Shown here piece by piece: positions 18,850 to 28,735 of a stretch of 64,000 nucleotides of DNA. The translations under genes and the position numbers were made by a program. The stretch's first letter is position 1, and each line of letters starts with the position of its first letter. Source of the DNA: an uncultured Armatimonadetes bacterium (GTDB lineage: Bacteria > Armatimonadota > UBA5829 > DTJY01); the NCBI GenBank assembly GCA_963717145.1, contig OY970325.1, positions 1,408,001 to 1,472,000 on the forward strand, read 5' to 3'. The notes below the pieces were generated by a model. That model did no database searches. It was not told where the DNA came from and saw only the letters and a list, made by a program, of their open reading frames with translations.

Positions 18850-19983
18850 ATGACTTTAGCCGACGTATCCCAGCAGGGAAAGAGGAGCTTCTTCACACCG
18901 GAAGACCTCGCGCGCGAGCAGGGCCAGGGAATAGTTGCCCCCAGGGGTCGCCTTCTGATCGCGGGGTGCCGCTCCGGGTCGAATCTGTCTACCCGAGTCG
19001 TCCAGCGTTACAGAGACTTACTCAGCGAAGCGGGCAGCGGCGAAGATGTGCAGCACCTCGAGAATATCGACAAGCGGTTCTCGGATTCTGAAACCACCAC
19101 TCGCCTCGAGATGCACGTCAGCGGCTGCGATGTCTTCCTCTTCCAGGCGCTGTTCGATCCGACATCCGATCTGACCATCGACCAGAATTACATGGCATTC
19201 ATGGTGGCCGTCCGAGCATTCAAGGAACACGGCGCCGAGCACGTGACCGGAGTGCTCCCATATCTCGCGTATGCGCGCCAGGACAAGCCGACCAAGTTCA
19301 CCCGTGAGGCGACCTCGGCCAGACTGATGGCCGATCTCACCATCTCGGCAGGGATCGACAGACTGATTGTCTGGGATCCGCATTGCGATCAGATCAAGGG
19401 TTTCTACGGCAGCATTCCCGTGAGCACGCTCGACTCCCTTTCGCTGTTCATCGAGGAGTTCAAGCGTTACAAGAACCGTGACGATGTCATCGCCGTCGCC
19501 CCGGATGCGGGCGCATCGAAGTTCGTCACGCACTTCGGCCGGGCCCTCGGGATCAAGTGCGCGATCGCATCGAAATATCGGCCAAGCCCGGAGGAAGTCG
19601 TCCTCGCGGAGATCATCGGCGACCTCGAGGGGAAGAAGATTGCCATCCTGCTCGATGATATGATCAGCAACGGCGGGACGATGCACGCGCTAGTCCGCAA
19701 GCTCGTCGAAGAGAAAGGCATCGAGGAGGTCTATCTCGGCGTGTCGCACAACCTCTGCGTCGGAAAGGCTCGCGAGCGGCTGATCGATCTCAATGCAAAC
19801 TACGGATTGAAGGAAGCGGTCGTCACGAATACAATTCCGCAGACGACCGAGTTTGGCAGCCTGCCATTCGTGACCGTTCGATGCCTCTCGGACACTCTCG
19901 CTCGCACGATCAACCGGGTCCATTACAACCGGTCCGTGAGCGAAGTGTTCTACAGACCGGAGACCGGTGACGGGAAGATGTAG
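18850..19983 (+). CDS. prs: Ribose-phosphate pyrophosphokinase
   Basis: FSDSE, PYLAYARQDK, DPH, VAPDAGA and DDMISNGGT motifs. Confidence 0.88.
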   Translation: MTLADVSQQGKRSFFTPEDLAREQGQGIVAPRGRLLIAGCRSGSNLSTRVVQRYRDLLSEAGSGEDVQHLENIDKRFSDSETTTRLEMHVSGCDVFLFQALFDPTSDLTIDQNYMAFMVAVRAFKEHGAEHVTGVLPYLAYARQDKPTKFTREATSARLMADLTISAGIDRLIVWDPHCDQIKGFYGSIPVSTLDSLSLFIEEFKRYKNRDDVIAVAPDAGASKFVTHFGRALGIKCAIASKYRPSPEEVVLAEIIGDLEGKKIAILLDDMISNGGTMHALVRKLVEEKGIEEVYLGVSHNLCVGKARERLIDLNANYGLKEAVVTNTIPQTTEFGSLPFVTVRCLSDTLARTINRVHYNRSVSEVFYRPETGDGKM

Positions 19984-20951
19984 ACCGGCTGGGTCCAAGC
20001 GACGGTCCCATCGCTGCAGATGACCTTGCAGCGGACGTAGTCGTTCCTCTCGCGAGCGCTTGGTATCTTGTAGCTCGTGGACGTGCCGTCGGTCTCCTGC
20101 AGGATTCGTCCGTACTTGCCGACGAACCGGATTCGGTACGTCTGAGCTTCCTTCGACACTACTTTGACCTTCATCGTCTTGCCGTCGAAAGCGTATGCAG
20201 CAAGCTCCACCCCAGTCGACGCGTAGAATCTGCCGTTCGCCAGGGCATCGAGCACCTTGGCGGGCGTCAGATCGGCAACCCGAACGACCACCCATCCGCG
20301 TCCGGGATTGATATTCGCCGGCTTGAACTCCTTGTAGTGATGCGCGTCGTCGGTCGCCGCGGCATAGACGGTCTTCCCCTCGGATAGCAGGACGTCCCAC
20401 GTCTGCTCGAGGGACAAATGCGCCGCGTCACCCTCGTTGAAGCAGTCGCCGCCCATGTTCGCCATCTCCAGTAGCCATGGGCCTTCGATCTGCAGCAGCT
20501 CCCGGTGGCTCAACGAGTAATACCAACTCGGATGGTTCACCATCGGGATCGCGCCGGCCTTGCGAATGTAGTCCACCATGCTGGCCACGCTTTTCCCCCG
20601 GGATACCAGCGGACCGGGTGAACGAACCGTCTTCGCGAGCCCGATGGCATTGGCGTGGATCGGCAGCCCCCTCCAGTTGAGGGCCATCTCCTCGCCGGGA
20701 ATGACGATGAACTGGTCGTTCGGATCTTTGTCGAGGGCGGCAACATCCGTCACCTTCTCATGATCGGTCAGCACCACGAACTGGTAGCCGTGATCCTTAT
20801 ACCAATCGGCAACCGCCTGAGGCGGAATGTCCCCATCGCTCTCCGTCGAGTGGCAGTGAAGGATGCCCTTCGCCCACATGTCGGCCGCCGAAATGGACGC
20901 GGCACAGAGCAGAAGAACGGCGAGTGCAAGGCAAGTGAGCCTCAGCTTCAT
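19950..20951 (-). CDS. Secreted PHP-like (CehA/McbA family) metallohydrolase
   Basis: KGILHCHSTESDG, TDH, NHP, DDAH and GRFYASTG motifs. Confidence 0.85.
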   Translation of the reverse strand: MKLRLTCLALAVLLLCAASISAADMWAKGILHCHSTESDGDIPPQAVADWYKDHGYQFVVLTDHEKVTDVAALDKDPNDQFIVIPGEEMALNWRGLPIHANAIGLAKTVRSPGPLVSRGKSVASMVDYIRKAGAIPMVNHPSWYYSLSHRELLQIEGPWLLEMANMGGDCFNEGDAAHLSLEQTWDVLLSEGKTVYAAATDDAHHYKEFKPANINPGRGWVVVRVADLTPAKVLDALANGRFYASTGVELAAYAFDGKTMKVKVVSKEAQTYRIRFVGKYGRILQETDGTSTSYKIPSARERNDYVRCKVICSDGTVAWTQPVYIFPSPVSGL

Positions 20952-20957
20952 GTCAAA

Positions 20958-21941
20958 CTACCTTCCTATCCTGAATGCCTGCGTCCATGCGACCGTGCCA
21001 TTGTCGGCGATGACCTTGCAGCGGACATAGTCATTCGCCTCAGCCCTCCCGGTGACGTATGAAGCCGACGTGCCCGACGTCTCCTGCAGGATGCGTCCCC
21101 ACTTCCCGACGAACCTGATCCAGTATGTCCGACCCTCCGTTGCGGCCACGCGAACACTGAACGTATTGCCATCATAGCCGTAGTCCGCGAGTTCAACGCC
21201 CGTTGACGCGTAGAAGTCGCCCTCTCTCAGCGCTGAGAGTATGCGATCGGGGGTTAGGGCGGTCACGCGCGCGTGTATCCATCCCCGACCCGGGTTCGAC
21301 TTGGCCACCGACATCTCTTTGAAGTTGTGCGCATCGTCGGTCGCCGTCGCATAGACCGTGATGCCGTCGGAGAGGAGCAGGTCCCACGTCTGTTCCACAG
21401 GCATATACGCCTCGCTGCCGAAGTTGTGCACGGCGGGGTGGCCGTTCAGGATCTCCAACAGAAACGGCCCCTTAACCGCCTTCATGTCCGCGTATGTGAG
21501 CGACCAGACGAAGTTCGGGTGGTTGATCTGCGGGATGCCTCCGGCCTTCCGAATGTCGGCCACCATCCGCTCCAAGCTCTTCGCGGGCGTGGCCGCGAGG
21601 TCGGAGTACGGGATCGTCTCCGTGATGCCGAGCGCGCATCCGTGGATCGGCTTCTTCGCACCCTTGACGGCGGTCTCTTCGCCGGGGATGAGGATGAAGC
21701 CGGGGTACTGCTTGAGCGTCGCCGGGTCGGTCACCTTCGCGTGGTCGGTGATGAACAGGAAATCGTAGCCGTGATCCTTATACCAATCAGCGACGACCTG
21801 TGGTGCGCTGTCACCGTCGCTGTTCGTCGTGTGTGTGTGCATGTTTCCCCTGGCCCACAGTATCTGAGCCGAGGTAGCTCCGGCGAGCAGCAGAGTGAGT
21901 ATGACCGCCGCTGCACAGAGCCTGATGATCTTTGCCTTCAT
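20958..21941 (-). CDS. Secreted PHP-like metallohydrolase, tandem paralogue
   Basis: RGNMHTHTTNSDG, TDH, NHP and DDAH motifs; highly similar to its neighbour. Confidence 0.85.
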   Translation of the reverse strand: MKAKIIRLCAAAVILTLLLAGATSAQILWARGNMHTHTTNSDGDSAPQVVADWYKDHGYDFLFITDHAKVTDPATLKQYPGFILIPGEETAVKGAKKPIHGCALGITETIPYSDLAATPAKSLERMVADIRKAGGIPQINHPNFVWSLTYADMKAVKGPFLLEILNGHPAVHNFGSEAYMPVEQTWDLLLSDGITVYATATDDAHNFKEMSVAKSNPGRGWIHARVTALTPDRILSALREGDFYASTGVELADYGYDGNTFSVRVAATEGRTYWIRFVGKWGRILQETSGTSASYVTGRAEANDYVRCKVIADNGTVAWTQAFRIGR

Positions 21942-22063
21942 GTGCCGCCTCCTCTTCCGATACCCTTACTCTTCGGCCACTCCCACCAGCACTCCTCCCC
22001 CACCCTTGCCGCATGGACGGCCGATCGGTATAATGGTGCCGGATAACCGAGGTAGGTTGGATA

Positions 22064-22191
22064 GGAGTTCACGATTGTTGATGGTAGCGCTTCGCGCATG
22101 TCATTCTGAACGCAGTGAAGAATCTGTCTGCGCACGGCCAGATTCTTCACTGCGTTCAGAATGACATGCGCTACCCTTGATCGTGAACTCC
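22064..22191. mobile_element. MITE-like element (128 bp) with internal REP-like hairpin, copy 1
   Basis: Ends ggagttcacgat...atcgtgaactcc. Internal gtcattctgaacgcagtgaagaatc / gattcttcactgcgttcagaatgac. Inverted homologue at 29444-29569. Confidence 0.75.
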
Positions 22192-22204
22192 TGGGAGGTT
22201 GGAC

Positions 22205-23359
22205 ATGCCGGAGATCGACTTCAAGGCGCATAACGAAGAAGTGAAGGCCGTGTGGGATGCATACCATGCCGGGACACCGATTCGCGTGCCCGTGGTGCTC
22301 GGCCTCAACGTTCGGTACTACCTCTTCAGTCCGTGGCTCAATCCTCATGGGATCACATTCGCCGCATACAGCGAAGACCCCGATCTGATGCTGGAGACGC
22401 AGCTCGAGTTCCAGCACTACGTCCGGCACAACCTCCTCTGCGATGCGGAGATGGGAATGCCCAGCGATGCGTGGCCGGGCGTGCACGTCGATCTCCAGAA
22501 TTACTACGAGGCTGCGTGGTTCGGCTGCCCGGTTCACTACCGCGAGGGACAGGTCCCGGACACGTCCCCGATCCTGGGGGACGACAACAAGCGCATGCTC
22601 TTCGATGCGGGCGTCCCCGATCCGTTCACGGATGGCATCATGGCGAAGAACGTCCGCTTTTTGGAGTACCTGACCGAGCGCATCAAGGACTATTCATTCA
22701 TGGGTCTCCCGGTCCATGGAGTCAGCCCGTCCGGCATGGGGACCGACGGGCCGTTCACCGCCGCCGCCAACATCAGGGGCGCGACGGAGATATGCCTCGA
22801 CATCTACGAGGACCCGGACTTCGTGCGCGAACTGCTCGACTTCATCACCGAGGCGACTATCGCGCGGATCAAGGCGTGGCGATCGAAGCTCGGGTACGAC
22901 ATGAGGCCACAATGCTGGGGCTTCGCGGACGACAGCATCCAACTCCTCTCCACCGAGACTTACCGCGAGTTCGTGCTGCCCTGCCACAAGCGCCTCGTGT
23001 CGGAGCTTGCAGGGTCCGGGCCGCACAGCATCCACCTCTGCGGCGATGCGACCCGGCACTTCAAGACGATCAGGGACGAGTTGAACATCAACGGCTTCGA
23101 TACCGGCTACCCGGTCGACTTCGCCTGGCTGAGGAAGGAACTCGGGCCGAATATACACATCAATGGCGGCCCGACGGTCGGCTTCCTCCTGCGGGCGACC
23201 CCATCTGAGGTGCGCGAGGAGGTCCGGCGGATTCTCTCGACCGGGGTCACGGAGGGCGGCAAGTTCGTCCTGAGGGAAGCGAACAACATGTCCCCGGGGA
23301 TCCCCGAGGAGAACATCGCGGCGATGTACCATGCCTCCCAGGAGTTCGGGCGATACTAG
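22205..23359 (+). CDS. Uroporphyrinogen decarboxylase/MtaA-CmuA family protein
   Basis: GPFTAA..IRG, DIYEDPD, ADDS, IHLCG and INGG motifs; ENIAAMY. Confidence 0.8.
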   Translation: MPEIDFKAHNEEVKAVWDAYHAGTPIRVPVVLGLNVRYYLFSPWLNPHGITFAAYSEDPDLMLETQLEFQHYVRHNLLCDAEMGMPSDAWPGVHVDLQNYYEAAWFGCPVHYREGQVPDTSPILGDDNKRMLFDAGVPDPFTDGIMAKNVRFLEYLTERIKDYSFMGLPVHGVSPSGMGTDGPFTAAANIRGATEICLDIYEDPDFVRELLDFITEATIARIKAWRSKLGYDMRPQCWGFADDSIQLLSTETYREFVLPCHKRLVSELAGSGPHSIHLCGDATRHFKTIRDELNINGFDTGYPVDFAWLRKELGPNIHINGGPTVGFLLRATPSEVREEVRRILSTGVTEGGKFVLREANNMSPGIPEENIAAMYHASQEFGRY

Positions 23360-23378
23360 ATCACTTGCATGGTCACAT

Positions 23379-23405
23379 CGTAGGGGACGGCGGCCGTTCC
23401 CTACG
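23379..23405. repeat. GTAG-type REP
   Basis: cgtaggggacggcggccgttccctacg; its 3' part recurs at 55888-55905. Confidence 0.7.
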
Positions 23406-23463
23406 AAGCTGCTCTCCCGCTGTTTGCTTTCCCTCCCCCGTCATGGTAATATACTCCCGAACT

Positions 23464-23559
23464 ATCCGCTGGGGGTGCTGCGAAAGCGGCTGAGACTCCG
23501 AAGTCATCGGAGATCCCTTAGAACCTGATCCGGTTAATACCGGCGTAGGGAACGCGGTT
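23464..23559 (+). ncRNA. TPP (THI-box) riboswitch
   Basis: GGGGTGC..GCTGAGA..CCCTTAGAACCTGATCCGGTTAATACCGGCGTAGGGAA, upstream of thi4. Confidence 0.95.
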
Positions 23560-23660
23560 GCCATCCTGAACTTGATTCAGGACGTGAGATCGAAGACCAC
23601 ATCTTCACCCCTCATGCGCCCGGCATCCTCCAGCGAGATCAACTACTGGAGGCTATCCAA

Positions 23661-24488
23661 ATGTCTGAGCGAGAGAACATCTTTTCCCCCTCGAGCGAGA
23701 AGAACGTCACCCGTGCACTCGTGCGCGAGTTCGCGGCCCAGTTCGATGATTATGTCGAGACCGACGTACTCATCGCCGGCGCCGGTCCCAGCGGACTGAT
23801 GTGCGGCAAGGTCCTTGCCGAGCACGGCGTCAAGGTCATGATCGTCGAGCGGAACAACTACCTCGGCGGCGGGTTCTGGATCGGCGGCTACCTGATGAAC
23901 AAAGTCGTCGTCCGCGAGCCTGCCAACAAGACCCTGGAGGAACTCGGAGTCCCGCACAAGGAGGTCGAGCCGGGCCTGTTCGTGGCGGACGGCCCTCATG
24001 CGTGCTCGAAGCTGATCGCGGCGGCATGCGATGCGGGCGTGAAGGTGCTGAACATGACGAGCGTCGATGATGTCGTCCTGAGGGAGGAGAACCGAGTCGC
24101 CGGGCTCGTGATCAACTGGACTCCGATCCAGTCGCTCCCCCGCCAGATCACCTGCGTCGACCCCGTTGCGATCGAGACGAAGCTCGTAGTCGATGCGACT
24201 GGCCACGATGCCGCCGTCGTCAAGCACCTGGCGGACAGAGGGCTCGCAAAGGTCCCGGGCTGCAGTCCGATGTGGGTCGACCGCTCCGAGGACGACGTTG
24301 TCCGGCACACGGGGATCGTGCATCCGGGGCTGCTGGCGATCGGGATGTCGGTGTCGTCGGTCTACGGGCTCACGAGGATGGGGCCGTCGTTTGGTGCGAT
24401 GCTGATCTCCGGCATTCGAGGAGCGGAGATCGCGCTCGAGTTCCTGGGCAGGCCGGTGAGTCATCAGGAAGCGGCAACCATCGCGTAG
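23661..24488 (+). CDS. thi4: Adenosine-diphosphate thiazole synthase (Thi4 family)
   Basis: [27 protein letters not shown] and [13 protein letters not shown] motifs. Confidence 0.93.
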   Translation: MSERENIFSPSSEKNVTRALVREFAAQFDDYVETDVLIAGAGPSGLMCGKVLAEHGVKVMIVERNNYLGGGFWIGGYLMNKVVVREPANKTLEELGVPHKEVEPGLFVADGPHACSKLIAAACDAGVKVLNMTSVDDVVLREENRVAGLVINWTPIQSLPRQITCVDPVAIETKLVVDATGHDAAVVKHLADRGLAKVPGCSPMWVDRSEDDVVRHTGIVHPGLLAIGMSVSSVYGLTRMGPSFGAMLISGIRGAEIALEFLGRPVSHQEAATIA

Positions 24489-24509
24489 ACTGGCCGCCAC
24501 ATGTCAAAC

Positions 24510-24615
24510 GGGGCAGGAGTCCAACTCCTGCCCCAACGTATCTGTGTCGGGGCAGGAGTCCAACTCCTGCCCCAACGTATCGTGTGTTGGGGCAGGAGTT
24601 GGACTCCTGCCCCAA
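24510..24615. repeat. Three REP-like palindromes (two direct, one inverted) between convergent thi4 and htpX
   Basis: ggggcaggagtccaactcctgcccca twice, and ggggcaggagttggactcctgcccca. Confidence 0.9.
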
Positions 24616-24640
24616 CTACTCACCGTTCACCGTTCACCGA

Positions 24641-25489
24641 TCACTGCCCCATCTGCCCGGCCATCTCACGAAGCCGCCTGACCCGCTCCGGGATCGCCGG
24701 GTGCGTGCTGAAAAGGCTGCCGATCCCGCCGTGGAGCGGGTTGACGATCATCATGTGCGCCGTCGCCGGGCTTGCCTGCGACGGAATGACCTTCGATGCG
24801 CCCTCCAGCTTAAGGAGCGCGTTCGCCAGTCCGAGCGGCTTCCCGCTGATCTCCGCGCCGCTGGCATCGGCCTGATACTCGCGCGACCGGGAGATCGCCA
24901 TCTGAATCACCACCGCTGCCAATGGCGCCAGGATTGCCAGTACGATCATCCCTATCACCCCGCCGCCGTCATCGTCATCCCTGCTACCGCCGAAGATCAT
25001 CGCCCAGCGAGCCATGCTGCCGAGCATCATGATCGCACCCGCGAATGTGGCCGCGATCGTCCCGATCAGGATATCGCGGTTCTTGACGTGCGCCAACTCG
25101 TGGGCCAGGACACCTTCGACCTCATCCCTGTCGAGGATACGCATCAGGCCCTCAGTCACGGCTACGGCGGCGTGCTGGGGATTCCGTCCCGTCGCGAATG
25201 CATTCGGCGATTCGCCGGGCACGATGTAGAGCTTAGGCATCGGGAGGCCCGCCTGCTGGGTCAATCGGCTGACGATCGAGTACAGGCCCGGCGAGTCGGC
25301 TTCCTCGATCGGCTTGGCCCGATACATCGCCAGTACAATCTTGTCGCTGAACCAGTAGCTGCCGACGTTCATCACGATCGCGAAACCGAACGCGATGACC
25401 ATGCCGCCCGAGCCACCGAACCAGTTCCCGATCCCCAGCGCGATCGCCGTCAGTAACGTCAGCAGTAATCCTGTCTTGAGCGTGTTCAT
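24641..25489 (-). CDS. htpX: Zinc metalloprotease HtpX
   Basis: [24 protein letters not shown] and FSTHP motifs. Confidence 0.95.
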   Translation of the reverse strand: MNTLKTGLLLTLLTAIALGIGNWFGGSGGMVIAFGFAIVMNVGSYWFSDKIVLAMYRAKPIEEADSPGLYSIVSRLTQQAGLPMPKLYIVPGESPNAFATGRNPQHAAVAVTEGLMRILDRDEVEGVLAHELAHVKNRDILIGTIAATFAGAIMMLGSMARWAMIFGGSRDDDDGGGVIGMIVLAILAPLAAVVIQMAISRSREYQADASGAEISGKPLGLANALLKLEGASKVIPSQASPATAHMMIVNPLHGGIGSLFSTHPAIPERVRRLREMAGQMGQ

Positions 25490-25661
25490 TGTCCCCTCCT
25501 GGTGTCCTCATATTGTCCTACGACCGTTCGCCCCGCTTGGTTCCCTGCTTGAATGCAGGTCGGCTGTGAAGGTTTCTCCTGTGGAGACCGTCTAATAGTA
25601 GCAGAGAGCCCGCGGCCGGATGAGATCGAGCCGCGCTCAACTGACACTGGGGAGGGAAACC

Positions 25662-27341
25662 ATGCTGAGAAGACCCGCTATCTGCTCGTTCGTACTGCTC
25701 ATGCTCGTCATAACGCCGGTGCTGTCGGCGACCGCCGTCTCGGTCCAGACGAAGACGACATCGGTCGCCGCGTTCAAGAACGGCCTCGGGTTCTTCGTCC
25801 GAGAGGGGACAGCCACGTTGAAGGATGGATGGGCGACCTCGGACGAGGTCCCGACCGCCGCGCTCGGGACGTTCTGGGTGGGATCGCCGAAAGCCGGCGT
25901 CTCCGTCGAGCGACTGCTCGCCCTGCAGGAGGACAATACGCTATCCGTCCCGGCGATCACCGTCGCGGAGATTCTCGAATCGAACGTCGGCAAGCAGGTG
26001 AAGATCACCTATGGCGACAAGGTGATCACGGGCAAGCTGCTCGCGGTGCCTCAGGACAGAGCGCCAACGGGCCCGGTTCAGCCGCTCTATCCGGCTTCAT
26101 CCTATATTCCGCCCACCTCTCAGTCTCAGTTGGTGCTCGTCGAGACCGCGACCGGCACAGTGGCGATCACGAAATCCTCGATCTCGATGGTGGAGTTCGA
26201 AGGCAAGGTGAACTCCGACCGTGAGATCAAAGAGAAGGTCAAGCGGCTGAAGTTCAAGCTCGCCGGCGCGAAGGAAAGCGCTCCTATCACCATCGGGTAT
26301 CTCCAGAAAGGAGTCTCCTGGTCGCCCGCATATCTTCTCGAACTACTCGACGATAAGACCGCCCGCATCACGATGCAGGGCCTGTTGGTAAACGATGTGG
26401 AGGATATCGAGGGAGCAGATGTCAGCTTCGTCGTCGGCTACCCTAACTTCATGTTCTCCGACATGGTGTCGCCGCTGTCCCTCACTCAGTCTATCAGCCA
26501 GTTCATCGACAACCTGGCCAACCCGAGTTCCCGATCGAGAAGCGGAGCGGGCGGATACGGCGGGATCATGGCCCAGTCGATCGCCTACAACACTGCCGAG
26601 TATGACTACAGCGGATCGCCCGCGCCCGATTTCGGCTACTCCAGCATGAAGGAGACGCCGGGCGCTCAGGAGGAGGACCTCTTCCTCTACCACATGACGG
26701 ACGTCTCGCTCAGGAAGGGCGAGCGGGCATACTACACGGTCTTCTCCGCCGAAGTGCCGTTCGAGCACGTCTACAAGTGGACCGTCAACGACACCTCAGG
26801 GATACAACCTAACGGCTACGTCTCCTCGAACCGTAATGACACCGCGCCGCCCCCGGAGGACCAGGTGTGGCACGCGCTCAAGCTTACCAACAGCTCGAAG
26901 TTCCCGTGGACGACCGCGCCTGCGATGGCGATGTCGAAGGGTAAACCGCTCGCTCAGGACACCCTCTCATACACGCCGAAAGGCGCTGAGGGTGACCTGA
27001 AGCTGACGATTGCCACCGACATCAGGGCAAAGACGTCGGAACTCGAGAAGTCCCGAGAGAACGCCAGTGGAGTTCCATTCAGCAGCAGCAGCAGCTTCAA
27101 TAAGGTCACTTCAGAAGGCACGCTTACCCTCAAGAGCTTCAAGTCGAGGCCGGTCACGGTGCAGGTGACGAAGACGATCATCGGCGAGGTGACTTCCACG
27201 GGCTTGAATGGGAAGGTCGAGAAGATGGGCGTCAAGATACGGGCGGTCAACCCGACTTCCGTCGTGACCTGGGACGTGCCGCTCGATCCCGGCGAGGAGA
27301 AGACGCTCGATTATGCCTACTTCACGTACATCAGGTACTAG
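25662..27341 (+). CDS. Secreted DUF4139/DUF4140-like protein
   Basis: Signal peptide; VAAFKNG, YLQKGVSWSPAY, PWTTAP and WDVPLDPGEEK motifs. Confidence 0.65.
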   Translation: MLRRPAICSFVLLMLVITPVLSATAVSVQTKTTSVAAFKNGLGFFVREGTATLKDGWATSDEVPTAALGTFWVGSPKAGVSVERLLALQEDNTLSVPAITVAEILESNVGKQVKITYGDKVITGKLLAVPQDRAPTGPVQPLYPASSYIPPTSQSQLVLVETATGTVAITKSSISMVEFEGKVNSDREIKEKVKRLKFKLAGAKESAPITIGYLQKGVSWSPAYLLELLDDKTARITMQGLLVNDVEDIEGADVSFVVGYPNFMFSDMVSPLSLTQSISQFIDNLANPSSRSRSGAGGYGGIMAQSIAYNTAEYDYSGSPAPDFGYSSMKETPGAQEEDLFLYHMTDVSLRKGERAYYTVFSAEVPFEHVYKWTVNDTSGIQPNGYVSSNRNDTAPPPEDQVWHALKLTNSSKFPWTTAPAMAMSKGKPLAQDTLSYTPKGAEGDLKLTIATDIRAKTSELEKSRENASGVPFSSSSSFNKVTSEGTLTLKSFKSRPVTVQVTKTIIGEVTSTGLNGKVEKMGVKIRAVNPTSVVTWDVPLDPGEEKTLDYAYFTYIRY

Positions 27342-27391
27342 GGCAGAATGGCTGATTTCCCCGGTCCACGGAGGTGGACTCAGACGTGGAA

Positions 27392-27503
27392 AAGGGCGGG
27401 GCCATCACTTCGGCCCCGCCCTTCAGGTATCACGGTACTTCATCTTGCTCTGTATTACTCTCCCCCCCCCGACATCCGCGTTCATCTGCGTCTATCGGCG
27501 GTT
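27392..27503. repeat. Left copy of a ~90-110 bp direct repeat (GC hairpin plus ATCCGCGTTCATCTGCGTC motif)
   Basis: aagggcggggccatcacttcggccccgcccttcaggtat...cccccgacatccgcgttcatctgcgtctatcggcggtt. Confidence 0.85.
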
Positions 27504-27548
27504 GCTATCTGGCCACCTGCTTGCCGACATCGTTTGGCGCGGACCTTA

Positions 27549-27577
27549 TTGACAGACTGTTGACACTGTGATATTGT
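27549..27577 (+). promoter_or_regulatory. sigma70-type promoter
   Basis: TTGACA-17 bp-TATTGT. Confidence 0.5.
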
Positions 27578-27644
27578 GCCCTTGGCTTCAAGAGGTGATG
27601 GCTGTCTTGGTATCGGGAATACTTTTTGAGGAAAGGAACAAGAA

Positions 27645-28529
27645 ATGAAGACCAGATCGCTGATCTCGGAAACGGCACTGAGGAGACTGTGGGTGGGAAT
27701 GCTAACCAAGGACAGAAAGGACGCTGGGACACCGGATGAGATCGTCCTGATCGTCAACCAATCCGGCGCGGATAGACTACATCACACCTTTCTTCATCCA
27801 CCGGCACCGGTAAACACATATAATGTCCCTGCAGGGCCACCTTTGGGACAGAATAGAGGACGAGCTGATCTTTACTCGTTAGACGTCCTAGGTAACGGAA
27901 TCGATTCTAACCTCGATGATACCTACATCCGCATTGGCATCAGGGGAAGAAATGCGTGGCTTCCAGAGCATCTTGTGCTTTGGGGAGAGACAGTAGCGAA
28001 TGAAGTTGTTCCTTTTGGCATTGAAACAGACCTGAATACATGGCTGAGCACGGACAAGGATGAGGGACCAACCTCCCTTCCCATAAGGCGCATTCCGCTA
28101 GGTAACCCAATGATGCCAATTGACAGGATATTGGTCGTGATGGAGACAGATGCAAACAAGAAGTCTGGCACTGAGGATGTGATCACTGTGCAGATCTTCG
28201 GCCCTTCTCCGGATTACTGGGTTAATGATTGGATACCTCGTACGCCGCAGCTCGATCAGGATAGGGGCAAAGCCAATCTGTATTTTCTTGACTCCATGGC
28301 ACCATTCAACAGGGCTAACCTCGCGCCCAATTCGATTCGCATCGGAATCATGGGCGAGGATAACTGGGAGCCAAAGCGCTTTTTCATCTTTGGTATTGAC
28401 ACTGCTCAAGGACGTCCGGGCGCTCTTGTTCCCTTGCTCTACATTGATGATTGGGATAAAGGTCCCTTGAGTACAAAACCTTCACTTGGGAAGCCTTATA
28501 TCGATTTCTCGCCCTTCACATCGCTATAG
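27645..28529 (+). CDS. Lower-GC protein with two tandem PLAT/LH2-like domains
   Basis: Internal duplication: T...AGTPDEI..QNRGRADLY..IRIGIRG.NAW.P..LST versus T...SGTEDVI..QDRGKANLY..IRIGIMG.DNW.P..LST. Confidence 0.65.
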   Translation: MKTRSLISETALRRLWVGMLTKDRKDAGTPDEIVLIVNQSGADRLHHTFLHPPAPVNTYNVPAGPPLGQNRGRADLYSLDVLGNGIDSNLDDTYIRIGIRGRNAWLPEHLVLWGETVANEVVPFGIETDLNTWLSTDKDEGPTSLPIRRIPLGNPMMPIDRILVVMETDANKKSGTEDVITVQIFGPSPDYWVNDWIPRTPQLDQDRGKANLYFLDSMAPFNRANLAPNSIRIGIMGEDNWEPKRFFIFGIDTAQGRPGALVPLLYIDDWDKGPLSTKPSLGKPYIDFSPFTSL

Positions 28530-28585
28530 GCAGACAAGCCGTGGGTAGCTCCACATGCTTCGATGGAATGACACACTGAAACCTG

Positions 28586-28673
28586 AAGGGCGAGGCCATC
28601 ACATCGGCCCCGCCCTTCAGGTATTACGTACTACTCCCCCGACATCCGCGTTCATCTGCGTCCATCGGCGGTT
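28586..28673. repeat. Right copy of the direct repeat flanking the PLAT gene
   Basis: aagggcgaggccatcacatcggccccgcccttcaggtat...cccccgacatccgcgttcatctgcgtccatcggcggtt. Confidence 0.85.
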
Positions 28674-28703
28674 ACTGCTTCCGGTCTGCAGCCTGCGGTT
28701 TTC

Positions 28704-28735
28704 CACTCCGCATTCCGCATTCCGCATTCCGCATT
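28704..28735. repeat. Heptamer tandem repeat (TTCCGCA)n
   Basis: cactccgcattccgcattccgcattccgcatt at the 3' end of the FN3-like gene. Confidence 0.85.
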
